From the sequence record SRR20825010_4291: DNA of 64,000 bases; one strand, 5' to 3'. Position 1 is the first letter of the stretch, and the number at the start of each line of letters is the position of its first letter. Below are positions 35,719-46,696 of this stretch, one piece after another. A program made the translations under genes and the position numbers. The notes under the pieces were generated by a model. That model saw only the letters and a program-made list of their open reading frames with translations. It was not told the origin of the DNA and searched no databases.

Positions 35719-38700
35719 TTACATATTCCTCCTATACTGTCCACCTACTTCGAACAATGCAGAAGTGATTTGACCGAGTGAGCAATACTTACTGGCTTCC
35801 ATCAATTCTTCGAAAATATTCTCGTTCTGAACCGCAGCCGCTTGAATTTTCTTGATCAACTCTTCAGCTTTCTCTGCATTTCCTTTTTGAAGTTGCTCCA
35901 GCATTTTAATCTGGTATTCTTTCTCTTCAGGGGTTGCACGAATTACCTCTTTTGGCAGTACAGTTGGTGAGCCTTTTGAACTTAAGAAGGTGTTCACCCC
36001 AATAATCGGGAATTCACCCGTATGCTTAAGCGTCTCGTAATACAATGATTCTTCCTGAATTTTGCTTCGCTGATACATGGTTTCCATCGCACCAAGCACT
36101 CCTCCACGTTCGGTAATTCTATCAAATTCAAGCAATACGGCTTCTTCTACCAATTCAGTCAGTTCTTCAATAATGAAAGAACCTTGAAGCGGATTTTCGT
36201 TGGTCGCTAAACCTAATTCTTTATTGATGATCAACTGAATGGCCATTGCTCTACGCACTGACTCTTCCGTTGGGGTTGTAATGGCTTCATCATAAGCATT
36301 TGTATGTAGAGAGTTACAGTTGTCGTAAATCGCATACAAAGCCTGTAACGTAGTTCTGATATCATTGAAATCGATTTCTTGCGCGTGTAACGAACGACCC
36401 GAAGTTTGAATATGGTATTTCAGCATTTGCGCTCTGGCATTTGCACCATACTTCTGCTTCATCGCTTTCGCCCAAATTCTTCTTGCTACACGGCCTATCA
36501 CCGCATATTCAGGATCAATTCCGTTGGAGAAGAAGAAAGAAAGGTTCGGCCCGAACTTATCAATGTCCATTCCACGACTCAAGTAGTATTCTACATAAGT
36601 GAAGCCATTTGCCAAAGTAAAGGCCAATTGCGAAATTGGATTCGCACCTGCTTCGGCAATATGGTAACCTGAAATCGATACCGAATAGAAGTTCCTTACA
36701 TTCTTATCGATAAAATATTGCTGAACATCTCCCATCAAACGAAGGGCAAATTCAGTTGAGAAAATACAAGTGTTTTGTGCTTGGTCTTCTTTTAGAATGT
36801 CAGCTTGCACCGTACCACGCACCACAGAAAGTGTTCTGGTTTTAATTTCTTGGTAAACATCGGCAGGCAAAACCTGATCGCCAGTAACGCCTAAAAGCAT
36901 TAAGCCTAAGCCATCATTCCCCTCAGGAAGTTCGCCTTGGTATTGCGGACGTACCACGCCTTTCTTCTTATAAATGGCTTTGATTTTTTCTTCGATCTCA
37001 GCCTCTAAGCCATTCTCTTTAATGTACACTTCACACTGCTGATCGATGGCGGCATTCATAAAGAAACCAAGCAACATTGGCGCAGGGCCGTTGATGGTCA
37101 TTGAAACGGAAGTAGTTGTTGATGACAAATTGAAGCCTGAATAGAGTTTCTTGGCATCGTCAAGGCAGCAAATACTAACTCCAGAGTTACCAATCTTACC
37201 ATGAATATCCGGTCTGTAACCAGGATCGTTTCCGTAAAGTGTTACCGAATCGAAAGCCGTAGACAAACGAGCAGCTGGCATTCCTAAACTCACATAGTGA
37301 AAACGTCTGTTGGTTCTTTCTGGCCCACCTTCACCCGCAAACATACGGGTTGGATCTTCGCCCTCTCTTTTGAAAGGATAAATACCTGCTGTATAAGGAA
37401 ATTCACCCGGTACGTTTTCTTGCAGTGACCATCTTAAAATATCTCCCCAACTTCTGAATTTTGGCAAGGATACTTTTGGCACTTGAGTATGAGAAAGCGA
37501 CTCGGTATGTGTCTGTATTTTAATTTCTTTGTCCCGAACTTTGAATGAGTAAACAGGGTCAGTATAAGTCTTCTTTTTGGCTTCCCACTCTTCAATTAAA
37601 ATCCAGTTTCTAGGGTCCAAATCAAGCTTTACTTGCTCGTAAGTTTCCTGTAAACCTTTGATCAATCGGTCGCGGTCTGCAATGGTCGAGTTTTTCAACG
37701 TAGCCATTGAAGTATCTAAACCGTAAAGTTTATCGGCTACATCGGCTTGGGATAAAGCCCACTCATCGTAGGAGCGATTTGATTCAGAAATCTCTGAAAG
37801 GTAGCGAGTTCTACTCGGAGGAATCACAAAGATTTTCTCCGACATTTCATGCGTGATTTCAAAAGTAGAATTCAATTTCACTCCCGTTTTTTCAACCATC
37901 TTATCCATGATTACACGGTAAAGTGAGTTCATGCCAGGATCGTTGAACTGCGAAGCGATGGTGCCATGCACAGGCATGTCGTCTACCTTAGCAGACCACA
38001 AGCCATGGTTACGCTGGAATTGCTTCTTCACATCGCGAAGGGCATCTAAAGCGCCACGCTTATCGAATTTATTGAGCGCAATTACATCGGCAAAATCGAG
38101 CATATCGATTTTTTCCAATTGCGTTGCCGCACCGTACTCTGGCGTCATCACATAAAGCGATACATCAGAGTGGTCTAATATTTCAGTATCGGATTGGCCA
38201 ATACCAGATGTTTCTAAAATAATGAGGTCGTATTGCGCAGCTTTTAAGATTTGAATCGCTTCGCGAACGTGCTTTGAAAGTGCCAAATTGGACTGACGAG
38301 TCGCTAATGAACGCATATAAACACGAGAATTGTTAATCGAATTCATTCGAATTCTATCTCCCAAAAGTGCTCCGCCTGTTTTTCTTTTCGAAGGGTCAAC
38401 CGATACAATGGCGATAGTTTTGTCTTCAAAGTCCATCAAGAACCTGCGTACCAGTTCATCTACCAAAGATGATTTCCCCGAACCCCCAGTTCCTGTAATC
38501 CCAAGAATCGGAGTCTCTACCTTATCGGCCATGGCATGCACCTTGTCCATTTCGCCTTTTGATTCTTCAGGAAAATTTTCCGCAGCAGAAATCAATCGCG
38601 CAATCGCTTTTGTATTCTTCTCTACGATATGGTCAACCTCATCAGTCAAATTTTCTCCCGTAGGAAAATCGCATTGCTGCACCATATCGTTGATCATGCC

Positions 38701-39099
38701 TTGCAAACCCATTTTACGCCCATCATCTGGCGCATAAATTCGGGTAATGCCATAGTCCATTAGTTCTTTAATTTCTTCAGGCAGAATTACACCACCTCCA
38801 CCACCAAAAATCTTAATGTGACCAGCGCCTTTTTCCATTAACAAGTCACGCATGTATTTGAAATACTCTACGTGCCCACCTTGGTAAGAAGTCATTGCAA
38901 TGGCCTGCGCATCTTCTTGAATGGCAGTATTCACTACTTCATCTACACTTCTATCATGCCCCAAATGAATTACTTCGCAGCCAGTCGCCTGGATGATTCT
39001 CCGCATAATGTTAATCGCGGCATCGTGGCCATCAAAAAGGGAGGCGGCTGTGACTAATCTTACTTTATTTTTGGGTTTGTATGGTGTTACTTCTTGCAT
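35719..39099 (-). CDS. icmF: Fused isobutyryl-CoA mutase / MeaB-like GTPase
   Basis: B12-binding DGHD..SYQGGH, GTPase GTGGSGKSS / DPS / NKFD, mutase domain PTRMFAGEG (Phe) and VQADILKE. Confidence 0.9.
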   Translation of the reverse strand: MQEVTPYKPKNKVRLVTAASLFDGHDAAINIMRRIIQATGCEVIHLGHDRSVDEVVNTAIQEDAQAIAMTSYQGGHVEYFKYMRDLLMEKGAGHIKIFGGGGGVILPEEIKELMDYGITRIYAPDDGRKMGLQGMINDMVQQCDFPTGENLTDEVDHIVEKNTKAIARLISAAENFPEESKGEMDKVHAMADKVETPILGITGTGGSGKSSLVDELVRRFLMDFEDKTIAIVSVDPSKRKTGGALLGDRIRMNSINNSRVYMRSLATRQSNLALSKHVREAIQILKAAQYDLIILETSGIGQSDTEILDHSDVSLYVMTPEYGAATQLEKIDMLDFADVIALNKFDKRGALDALRDVKKQFQRNHGLWSAKVDDMPVHGTIASQFNDPGMNSLYRVIMDKMVEKTGVKLNSTFEITHEMSEKIFVIPPSRTRYLSEISESNRSYDEWALSQADVADKLYGLDTSMATLKNSTIADRDRLIKGLQETYEQVKLDLDPRNWILIEEWEAKKKTYTDPVYSFKVRDKEIKIQTHTESLSHTQVPKVSLPKFRSWGDILRWSLQENVPGEFPYTAGIYPFKREGEDPTRMFAGEGGPERTNRRFHYVSLGMPAARLSTAFDSVTLYGNDPGYRPDIHGKIGNSGVSICCLDDAKKLYSGFNLSSTTTSVSMTINGPAPMLLGFFMNAAIDQQCEVYIKENGLEAEIEEKIKAIYKKKGVVRPQYQGELPEGNDGLGLMLLGVTGDQVLPADVYQEIKTRTLSVVRGTVQADILKEDQAQNTCIFSTEFALRLMGDVQQYFIDKNVRNFYSVSISGYHIAEAGANPISQLAFTLANGFTYVEYYLSRGMDIDKFGPNLSFFFSNGIDPEYAVIGRVARRIWAKAMKQKYGANARAQMLKYHIQTSGRSLHAQEIDFNDIRTTLQALYAIYDNCNSLHTNAYDEAITTPTEESVRRAMAIQLIINKELGLATNENPLQGSFIIEELTELVEEAVLLEFDRITERGGVLGAMETMYQRSKIQEESLYYETLKHTGEFPIIGVNTFLSSKGSPTVLPKEVIRATPEEKEYQIKMLEQLQKGNAEKAEELIKKIQAAAVQNENIFEELMEASKYCSLGQITSALFEVGGQYRRNM

Positions 39100-39151
39100 A
39101 AAATGGTGTTCTAAGCTATTGGATTGCGAATTTAAGCAAAAGCAGTGAGTT

Positions 39152-39169
39152 TCCTAACAGTTGTTAGGA
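39152..39169. promoter_or_regulatory. Palindromic operator candidate between icmF and the TA cluster
   Basis: TCCTAACA-GT-TGTTAGGA, a perfect 8-bp inverted repeat. Confidence 0.45.
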
Positions 39170-39239
39170 GGAAGTAAATGACGATATCTCCACATATTGA
39201 AAGTCTGTCATTTTCGTTAACTTTGATAAAAAGGCTGAA

Positions 39240-39458
39240 ATGGATATTCAAACTGCAAAATTGGAGCTCGTAAAGCTAATCATTGGTATCGATAACAAAT
39301 CGATTATAGACAAACTGCTAAGTGCACTAAAATCAGAGAATAACGATTTTTGGTTAGATCTCTCGGAAAGCGAAAAACAAGAAATACAGTTTGGAATTGA
39401 TCAATTAGATTCAGGACATAGAGTTTCTCTGGATGATTTTTTAAAGAAAGTCTCATAA
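39240..39458 (+). CDS. Putative addiction-module antitoxin
   Basis: 72 aa, acidic; MDIQTAKLELVK..DFWLDLSE..KQEI..G..Q..G.RVS; directly upstream of a RelE/ParE gene; TAACTTTG promoter element at 39218. Confidence 0.7.
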   Translation: MDIQTAKLELVKLIIGIDNKSIIDKLLSALKSENNDFWLDLSESEKQEIQFGIDQLDSGHRVSLDDFLKKVS

Positions 39459-39461
39459 TCA

Positions 39462-39773
39462 ATGAAAGTGTTCCTCTCCCCTTTAGCAGAGAAAAAAGCA
39501 CTATTACTTCTTGAATACTTGGAGAATGAATGGTCGAAAAACGTTAGGGATGAGTTTCTTTCCAAACTTTTAGATTCATTTTCTCTAATATCGAATTACC
39601 CTAAAAGTTGTGTAGCATCTAAATCTTTCCCGAACATCTACAAATGCGTAGTTACCAAACAGTGTTCATTCTTTTATAGGATCAAGTCGAATGAAATTGA
39701 AGTCATCACTCTTTTCGATAATAGACAAAACCCCGACACAATTCAAAAGGAACTCAAAGACTACTTCAAATAA
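39462..39773 (+). CDS. RelE/ParE family type II toxin
   Basis: VFLSPLA...L..YLE.EWS, YP, FFYRI....IEVITLFDNRQNP. Confidence 0.85.
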   Translation: MKVFLSPLAEKKALLLLEYLENEWSKNVRDEFLSKLLDSFSLISNYPKSCVASKSFPNIYKCVVTKQCSFFYRIKSNEIEVITLFDNRQNPDTIQKELKDYFK

Positions 39774-39782
39774 ATCTGCCAG

Positions 39783-40148
39783 ATGAAAGGAATTATAAAA
39801 AATGAGGAGCAGTATCAGAAAGCCTTAAACCAATTGGAAGCAATTTTTGATGCTCCAATAGCCAGTGCAGAAAGTGACGAAGCAGATTTGCTTGTTTTAC
39901 TCATTGACGATTATGAGCAAAAGCATTACCCTATCGAAACGCCAGACCCTATTGAGGCCATTAAGATAAGAATGGAGGAAATGCAACTCAAACAAAAAGA
40001 CCTGATCTCTGAGATTGGCGGAAAAAATCGTGTCTCAGAAATTTTGAATAAAAAAAGAAAGTTAACGGTTGAAATGATTAGAAACTTTACGAGTAGATTA
40101 AACCTATCCGCAAATATTTTGGTCAAGGATTATCAACTCACCAAATAG
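39783..40148 (+). CDS. HigA-like XRE HTH antitoxin/regulator
   Basis: IKNEEQYQ.AL, LIDDYEQKHYPI..PDPIEAIK.RMEE..LKQKDL...IG...RVSEILN.KRKLT. Confidence 0.85.
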   Translation: MKGIIKNEEQYQKALNQLEAIFDAPIASAESDEADLLVLLIDDYEQKHYPIETPDPIEAIKIRMEEMQLKQKDLISEIGGKNRVSEILNKKRKLTVEMIRNFTSRLNLSANILVKDYQLTK

Positions 40149-40150
40149 CA

Positions 40151-42337
40151 TCACTTCTCCAGTTCTTTCAATGCTTTTTGGTTGATGTCATCCTTAATGC
40201 CATCCAGAATATTAAGAATTTCACGGTCTGTTAATCGCCAACTCAAAGAGGCACGGTTCGACTTCTGATTTTGATATTCAAATTCAACACGTCTCAAATG
40301 GCTTCCATAGTCAGATGAAATCATATCGAAGCGCTGTTCATTTTTTATCGTCTGAATTTGATCCCAACTATTCACCGCCCCCTGAATTGGCGAAATAAAC
40401 TTCTGAATTAAGCTTTTTGAATAATCCGCCTCCACTGATGGCTCTTTGCTAGAATCCCTGATGGTGATCATCACCACTTCCGAAGTATTCTCCTTGATCC
40501 AGTCCTCAAATACATGTAGGAATGTGGTAGCATCTGAAATTCCATAATTGTCCGAAATACCGGCATCTGCAATACTCATTTTAGGAGCTGTGGGTAGCGA
40601 AATAGAAGGAGAAAAATACGGAAAAGTAGCACTCATTCGCAGGGCTGTCAAAAACCTTAAACTGTCGGGCTGATGCTCGGCCAAAAGCAAGTTAAAATCA
40701 ACGCCTTGAATTTTCGAATGGTCTTTACTAGCTCCAGTGTTAAAAAAGGCTGTTGGGTGTGGCGACACATAAAGTTTTCTGCCATCGTTGGTAATGGTAG
40801 ACCCTACAATCAGTAAAGGAATTTCAGCATTATACTCTGGAGCTCTATAGGCTGAAATTGGGTTATCCAATAAGCCATGAAGGTTAGACTTTAGGCGTTG
40901 CTCAAACTCATACCCTCTTTCCTTTTTGTACTTGAACCCACCATATTCAAAACTCCTAAATTTGATAAACAGATCGTTCACCAGTAGGGTGAAGATTACT
41001 GGATTAAGGACATCCTTACTAATATCACCCAAATGCTCGTGCGCTTGTTGATCTAAATTCTTCCATGCCAATTCTCGATAAAAAGCCGCTCCAAATAAGC
41101 CCCCAGAAGCCCCTGTAATCATAAAGGTATTATTCATTAAATCACCTTTAAAAACAGAATCTGCTTTCTGCATGACATTGGTCGTCCATAAAGCAGAACG
41201 TTGCCCCCCTCCACTTACCGTAATCAAAACCATGCGTGGCTTATCTTCTTTGAACTTTGCTTTCCAGTTTTCAAGTACTTCCAGCATGTATTCTTTAGAT
41301 GCTTCTACATTTTCTTCCGAAGCATATTCTCGAAGATTTTCTAGGTTATATTCTGCCGGATCGCTTTGGTAATTTAGGCCATAGGCCGGATATTGATATG
41401 TAAGAAAATCCGTAGCAAAAACCATATTCAGTAGAATGAATACCCCCAAAATTCCGCTAATAATCCATGACCTAAACCAGAAGCTTAATGCGCCTGTCAA
41501 CATGATAATCATGGTGAGCATAAGCACTCCTGAAGCAGCAGCTGGGATTTGGAAAATGGCAACATCTTGAAAAAGCCCCAAACCAAAAATGATCACGAGT
41601 ACCAGTGACTCTATGATAATTGCATTCCGTTGGTTCTGAAGAAAGACCCTCAAAATCGCCATTCGGTCATAATACTCTTCGAAACGTCTGGTAGAGTAAA
41701 CCTTAAAATTGAGACTGATGTAATAGTTCACCTTCACCCTACTTCTTTTCAACGACTGAAGTTTTCTGAAAGCCTTTAGTTTTTGGCTGTTGGTGCGTTT
41801 TAGTTTGAGCTGTTGGTTAATGCCCAATACCTTGAAAATATCTCGATTGGTTTTAAAGAAGTAGGCAAACAAGAATATTAAAAAGGCAATACAGCCTATC
41901 AAAACACCCGATACTTTTATGGCCGTTTCTTGGCTTGCTCCCTGACCAGCGTCTTGTTGAAATTGTATGATTCGGATCACATAAAACACCAAAAAGCTAA
42001 AGGGAATTAAGGAGTTATTGATGCAGAAATGAGCGAGCGGCTTTGGTAAGGTTCCTAAAAAAGGAAATCTAAAACCGTCTAGTATATAGCTGGTAATATT
42101 AAAGGCCATACCAAAGCCTGCCACGGCAACCCCCATGATGATAAAGCCCCAAATAGAAACTTCATCTAAATAAACAGGGTCTAAAAAGAGGTAAGGAACA
42201 CCTAAGTTTTCACCGAAGCTACCTCCAACAGCAGAAAACAGAATGAACCAGTACACCAATAAAAATTGGTTGTATTTAACGTGTACAACTAGCAGCTGTA
42301 CAGGGAAACTGGACCATATTTTTCTCAATAACTTCAA
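40151..42337 (-). CDS. Membrane-anchored patatin-like phospholipase
   Basis: Multi-TM N-terminal half; SGGGQRSA, GASGG, RMSATFPY, DAG. Confidence 0.8.
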   Translation of the reverse strand: MKLLRKIWSSFPVQLLVVHVKYNQFLLVYWFILFSAVGGSFGENLGVPYLFLDPVYLDEVSIWGFIIMGVAVAGFGMAFNITSYILDGFRFPFLGTLPKPLAHFCINNSLIPFSFLVFYVIRIIQFQQDAGQGASQETAIKVSGVLIGCIAFLIFLFAYFFKTNRDIFKVLGINQQLKLKRTNSQKLKAFRKLQSLKRSRVKVNYYISLNFKVYSTRRFEEYYDRMAILRVFLQNQRNAIIIESLVLVIIFGLGLFQDVAIFQIPAAASGVLMLTMIIMLTGALSFWFRSWIISGILGVFILLNMVFATDFLTYQYPAYGLNYQSDPAEYNLENLREYASEENVEASKEYMLEVLENWKAKFKEDKPRMVLITVSGGGQRSALWTTNVMQKADSVFKGDLMNNTFMITGASGGLFGAAFYRELAWKNLDQQAHEHLGDISKDVLNPVIFTLLVNDLFIKFRSFEYGGFKYKKERGYEFEQRLKSNLHGLLDNPISAYRAPEYNAEIPLLIVGSTITNDGRKLYVSPHPTAFFNTGASKDHSKIQGVDFNLLLAEHQPDSLRFLTALRMSATFPYFSPSISLPTAPKMSIADAGISDNYGISDATTFLHVFEDWIKENTSEVVMITIRDSSKEPSVEADYSKSLIQKFISPIQGAVNSWDQIQTIKNEQRFDMISSDYGSHLRRVEFEYQNQKSNRASLSWRLTDREILNILDGIKDDINQKALKELEK

Positions 42338-43504
42338 TTAATTTTCTCTACGGGTTCCAGCGTATAATTCATACTCCAACAGTCGAGAATCAATTTTCGC
42401 ATTATAAAACTCTATCCTTCTTTTGGTACGTAAACCAATGCGTTTGGCCAAATCTAAGTTTCCTGTAAACACGTACCCCATGTATCCTTTGCATTGCTGT
42501 TTGAAGAAATCGCCAATGGCAGAATAGATTTCCTCTAAGTCTTTATCAGCCCCTAGTCGTTCGCCATATTCTGGGTTAAACATCACTACTCCGGGCTCTT
42601 CGGGAATTTCCGTTTCTCTAAAATCACACACTTGGAAATCGATTAGGTCAAAAACGCCTGCGGTTCTAGCATTCATTTTTGCAGAAGTAATAGCGCCACC
42701 ATTGATGTCTGATGCTATAATTCTAAAGTCGAGCTGTTTTTTTTGTTGCAGCTGCGCTAATCGTATATAGCCTTGCCATGATTCTTCACTATAACCATTA
42801 AGGTGCATGAAACCAAAGTTTTCACGCATCAAGCCCGGAGCAGTATTGGTTGCTATCAAGGCTGCTTCAATGGCCAAAGTACCACTTCCGCACATTGGAT
42901 TTACAAAAGTACTTTTCTTATCCCACCCACTAGCAATAATGGCCGAAGCCGCCAAAGACTCAATCATTGGTGCTTTGCCTGGTATTTTTCGGTAACCATG
43001 CTTGGCAATTGTTAGTCCAGAAGTATCGAAGTAAACGCGTACTTTTTCGTCTTTCCAGTATAAATGAATGACAGCACCGTCTCTATCGGAACCTGAATCA
43101 GGGCGCTTGCCCGTTTTTTTCACAAATCGATCGGCAATTGCGTCTTTCGCTCTGAGATTAGCAAAACGGTCATCGGTAATGGTATCATTGCGAACGTAAG
43201 AAGTGATCGAGAAATAGTCATCTATATCGAAATAATCTTCCCACGGAATCTTGGATATCTCTTTATACAAATCATCCGCGTTGACAGCCCTGAATCTTTT
43301 GATTTGAAAAAGCACCCGTCCTGCGGTACGCAAAAACATATTGAGCTTTAAACAATCGTCCATAAAGCCGTTCACCTCAACTTCGGTGATGCTCTGACTT
43401 TCTACTGTAAAGCCTAAAGCCTCCACTTCTTTAGCAAGCCAAGGGCTTTGTCTTGGGAAACAAGTGACTACAATTTGACTGGGGTAAGGGAATACTTGAC
43501 TCAT
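42338..43504 (-). CDS. THUMP-domain RNA methyltransferase (RlmL/UPF0020-like)
   Basis: RVLF, KDAIADRF, DTSG..HGYR, APMIESLAA, PMCGSGT, NPEYG. Confidence 0.88.
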   Translation of the reverse strand: MSQVFPYPSQIVVTCFPRQSPWLAKEVEALGFTVESQSITEVEVNGFMDDCLKLNMFLRTAGRVLFQIKRFRAVNADDLYKEISKIPWEDYFDIDDYFSITSYVRNDTITDDRFANLRAKDAIADRFVKKTGKRPDSGSDRDGAVIHLYWKDEKVRVYFDTSGLTIAKHGYRKIPGKAPMIESLAASAIIASGWDKKSTFVNPMCGSGTLAIEAALIATNTAPGLMRENFGFMHLNGYSEESWQGYIRLAQLQQKKQLDFRIIASDINGGAITSAKMNARTAGVFDLIDFQVCDFRETEIPEEPGVVMFNPEYGERLGADKDLEEIYSAIGDFFKQQCKGYMGYVFTGNLDLAKRIGLRTKRRIEFYNAKIDSRLLEYELYAGTRREN

Positions 43505-43690
43505 ATTGGCGTGAATTACCGAAATTTTTAACGAAAAATTCGACTTCGAGAAGATAGCTGATATAAAACTTATAAACCAGAAGTAATTCTACAAGAGTGT
43601 GCGTGAAGTTTCTGTGACAGAAATTCGAAATCTCTACTGTTTTCATCAATATCAATTGTATTTTTGATCCCTCAAATAAAGAATGGAAAT

Positions 43691-44203
43691 ATGAAAACTT
43701 GGTTTACCTGTAAGGTGAAATACATGAAGGAAGATGAGCAAGGCCGCACCAAAAGTGTGAGCGAAACGTATTTGGCCGATGCCCTTTCTTTTACCGAAGC
43801 CGAAGCTAAAATTTACGAAGAAATTGGCCAGCGAGTAATGGGTGAATTTCAAGTAACTGGCATTGCGAAAAGCAGAGTAACCGATGTTTTCGAATACCCA
43901 GATGCCGACACTTTCTTTAATTGCAAAGTAGTGTACATGGCAGCCGATGCTGATTCTGGAAAGGAAAAGAAGATTGCCAACCTGATGATGGTAACGGCCA
44001 GCGATGTAAAGCAGGCTTACGAACGTATTCGCGAAAGCTTAAATAATATGTTGGTTACTTTCACCATTCCTGAAGTGAAGGAGTCGCCAGTTTTGGAAAT
44101 TTTCCATCATTCGGCAGAACAGAAAGTACCAGAAGGCTTTAAGCCTATTGCTGAAGTTCAGGGTTCACCAGAAGATGAAGACGAAGAATATGAAGAAATT
44201 TGA
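43691..44203 (+). CDS. DUF4494 domain protein
   Basis: WFTCKVKY, ETYLADALSFTEAEA, GKEKK; start at ATG 43691. Confidence 0.85.
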   Translation: MKTWFTCKVKYMKEDEQGRTKSVSETYLADALSFTEAEAKIYEEIGQRVMGEFQVTGIAKSRVTDVFEYPDADTFFNCKVVYMAADADSGKEKKIANLMMVTASDVKQAYERIRESLNNMLVTFTIPEVKESPVLEIFHHSAEQKVPEGFKPIAEVQGSPEDEDEEYEEI

Positions 44204-44447
44204 TCAAGTAAATCCCGCTGCATTCGAGTGTCTAAGGGCTAAGTTGAAAAGTCAGGGCATTGAGCTTCAAGGCATCAGTGGTTACCTGTCTAAAAATGGT
44301 ATTTCGCTCGATTTCGATTATTCAGAAGCAGAAGAAAGTCTGAGCATTTCTAATCTCGAAGTGGGTTTTCCTGCCTCTATGATTGGCATGAATAAAGACA
44401 AAGTACTCGGTATTTTAGAGAAGGCCATTTCTGAATGTAGAGGGTAA
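44190..44447 (+). CDS. Hypothetical protein
   Basis: ORF overlapping the DUF4494 gene end and followed 3 nt later by the next gene; ATG 44190. Confidence 0.55.
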   Translation: MKKFDQVNPAAFECLRAKLKSQGIELQGISGYLSKNGISLDFDYSEAEESLSISNLEVGFPASMIGMNKDKVLGILEKAISECRG

Positions 44448-44450
44448 AAC

Positions 44451-45227
44451 ATGAACAGCAAGTACATTTTTGGCGCACTGATTACCATTCCCCTGTTGCC
44501 AATCATGTACTTTCAAGGTAAAAGAATTCGCGCCAGCGTACCTTCTTTACCCGAAGCAAAAGGTACTGAAGGAATTATTTCATCATTCCCTTCTTCCAAA
44601 GCACTTCAAATTATCACCCTAGGCGAAAGCACCATTGCAGGGGTTGGCGTATCCACACATGAGGAAGGCTTTACAGGAACTTTAGCCAATAGTTTGGCAG
44701 ACAAACTCAGCACAAATATTAGTTGGAAGGTCTATGCAAAAAGTGGTTATACTGCCAAACAGGTCACGACAAAATTGATTCCTCGTATCAAAGAAACTGA
44801 AGTCGATCTTTTGGTGATAGGGCTTGGCGCAAACGACTCATTTACTTTCAATAGCCCCAAACAATGGGGGAAAGATATTGACGCTTTAATTATCGCTTTG
44901 AGGAATAAGTTTGGAAACACTCCGATTCTTTTCACCAGCATGCCCCCGATTAAACTCTTCCCTGCTTTTACCCGCCTGATTAAATTTTCTATGGGGAACT
45001 TGGTTGAAATGCTGGGAGAAAGGCTTGAGCAAACCATCGCCAAACATGAAAATGTTTTTTACGATGCGCAGAAAATCAGTTTTGAAAATTGGATTGATAA
45101 AATAGATCCTTCCACCAGTAGCTCAGATTTCTTTAGCGATGGTGTTCATCCTTCCAAACTTACCTATCAAGTTTGGGCCAGAGAAACCGCTAATTATGTG
45201 ATTCAGAATTCTTTGATCAAGGCTTAG
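44451..45227 (+). CDS. SGNH/GDSL hydrolase
   Basis: LGEST.AG.G, GLGAND, DGVHPS. Confidence 0.9.
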   Translation: MNSKYIFGALITIPLLPIMYFQGKRIRASVPSLPEAKGTEGIISSFPSSKALQIITLGESTIAGVGVSTHEEGFTGTLANSLADKLSTNISWKVYAKSGYTAKQVTTKLIPRIKETEVDLLVIGLGANDSFTFNSPKQWGKDIDALIIALRNKFGNTPILFTSMPPIKLFPAFTRLIKFSMGNLVEMLGERLEQTIAKHENVFYDAQKISFENWIDKIDPSTSSSDFFSDGVHPSKLTYQVWARETANYVIQNSLIKA

Positions 45228-45247
45228 TCTCTACTATATTCTGAGAA

Positions 45248-45328
45248 AACCCTCCAAAAGTTCTTTTTTATAGATTGAATGAAGCCATTAACTCCTGCTG
45301 ATCTAGGAACATCAACTTTTGGAGGGTT
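45248..45328. repeat. REPIN-like inverted doublet, copy 3
   Basis: AACCCTCCAAAAGTT (45248-45262) and AACTTTTGGAGGGTT (45314-45328), 51-bp spacer. Confidence 0.8.
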
Positions 45329-45388
45329 CCGACCATTAGTGCAGAATACTAAAGTCTAATATCTAAGTACTAGGTACTCAATACTACT

Positions 45389-46657
45389 TCAATACCCATA
45401 CTTTTCTTTCCACATGGCTTGCAGGCGCTTGCGCATTTCTTCTTCACGTGGATTTTTACCCGGATCGTAGAGTTTGGTTCCTTTGATTTCCGCAGGTAAA
45501 AATTCTTGGTTGACAAAGTTACCGGGGAAGTCATGCGAGTATTTGTAGCCTTTGCCATAACCCTCTTCCTTCATCAATTTAGTTGGCGCATTGCGGATGG
45601 GCAATGGCACTTGTAAATCGCCAGTTTGACGCACCAAAGCTTGGGCTTGATTAATGGCCATGTAGGCCGCATTACTTTTAGCGGAAGCCGCCAAATAAGT
45701 AACGCATTGTGACAAAACGATTCTTCCTTCAGGATAGCCGATCATGCTCACGGCCTGAAATGCTGTGGTGGCAATGACCAAAGCGGTGGGGTTTGCGTTC
45801 CCAATATCTTCGGAAGCCAATATGACCAACCTGCGGGCGATAAACTTAATATCTTCACCGCCCTCAATCATTCTTGCTAAATAATACACCGCTGCATTAG
45901 GATCGCTGCCTCGAATGGATTTGATGAATGCCGAAATGATATCGTAATGCTGTTCGCCCGATTTATCGTAAATGGCCACCCGCTGTTGCGCAATATCGAT
46001 TACTTTATCGTCTGTGATTTCTACTTCTTGGCCACCAAGGTTTTCCACCACCAAATCGAGCAAATTGAGCAGTTTTCTGGCATCACCACCAGAAATACTG
46101 AACAGCGCTTGGGTTTCCTTTAAATGGATAGTTTTCTGACTTAATATCTTATCCTTCTGAATGGCACTTTCCACCAAACGAAGTAAGTCTTCTGTAGAAA
46201 GCCCTTTGAGCGTATACACCTGCGATCGCGACAAAAGTGCCGAATTGACTTCGAAAGAAGGGTTTTCTGTGGTGGCACCGATCAAGGTAACATCCCCTTT
46301 TTCCACCGCACCCAAAAGGGCATCTTGCTGCGACTTATTGAAACGATGAATTTCGTCAATAAAAAGAATGGTATTTGATTGGAATTTCGCCCTTTGAATT
46401 ACTTCTCTGATTTCCTTTACGCCTGCACTTATCGCACTCAGGGATATAAACGGGGCTTTTACGGTATTCGCAATAATATTGGCAATGGTGGTTTTACCCA
46501 CGCCCGGAGGCCCCCATAAAATCATGGATGGAATTCCACCCGACTCAATGGCCCTGCGCAACACTCCATTTTTCCCCACTAAATGTTCCTGACCAATCAG
46601 GTCGTCTAAGGTTTGGGGACGGATGCGTTCGGCAAGAGGTTTTTGAGACATTTCCAT
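45389..46657 (-). CDS. rarA: Replication-associated recombination protein A (MgsA)
   Basis: PLAERIRP, GPPGVGKTT, IDEIHRFNK.QQD, ATTENPSF, KSIRGSD, SEDIGNA. Confidence 0.95.
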   Translation of the reverse strand: MEMSQKPLAERIRPQTLDDLIGQEHLVGKNGVLRRAIESGGIPSMILWGPPGVGKTTIANIIANTVKAPFISLSAISAGVKEIREVIQRAKFQSNTILFIDEIHRFNKSQQDALLGAVEKGDVTLIGATTENPSFEVNSALLSRSQVYTLKGLSTEDLLRLVESAIQKDKILSQKTIHLKETQALFSISGGDARKLLNLLDLVVENLGGQEVEITDDKVIDIAQQRVAIYDKSGEQHYDIISAFIKSIRGSDPNAAVYYLARMIEGGEDIKFIARRLVILASEDIGNANPTALVIATTAFQAVSMIGYPEGRIVLSQCVTYLAASAKSNAAYMAINQAQALVRQTGDLQVPLPIRNAPTKLMKEEGYGKGYKYSHDFPGNFVNQEFLPAEIKGTKLYDPGKNPREEEMRKRLQAMWKEKYGY

Positions 46658-46696
46658 GAAACGAAATTAGGAAGGTTATGTGAGAAGAACAGTGAC

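Noticed and set aside
35658-35744. N-terminal extension of the 831-aa track ORF
   Set aside because: It overlaps the icmF stop and a strong hairpin; a signal-peptide-like start at TTG 35657 fits better.
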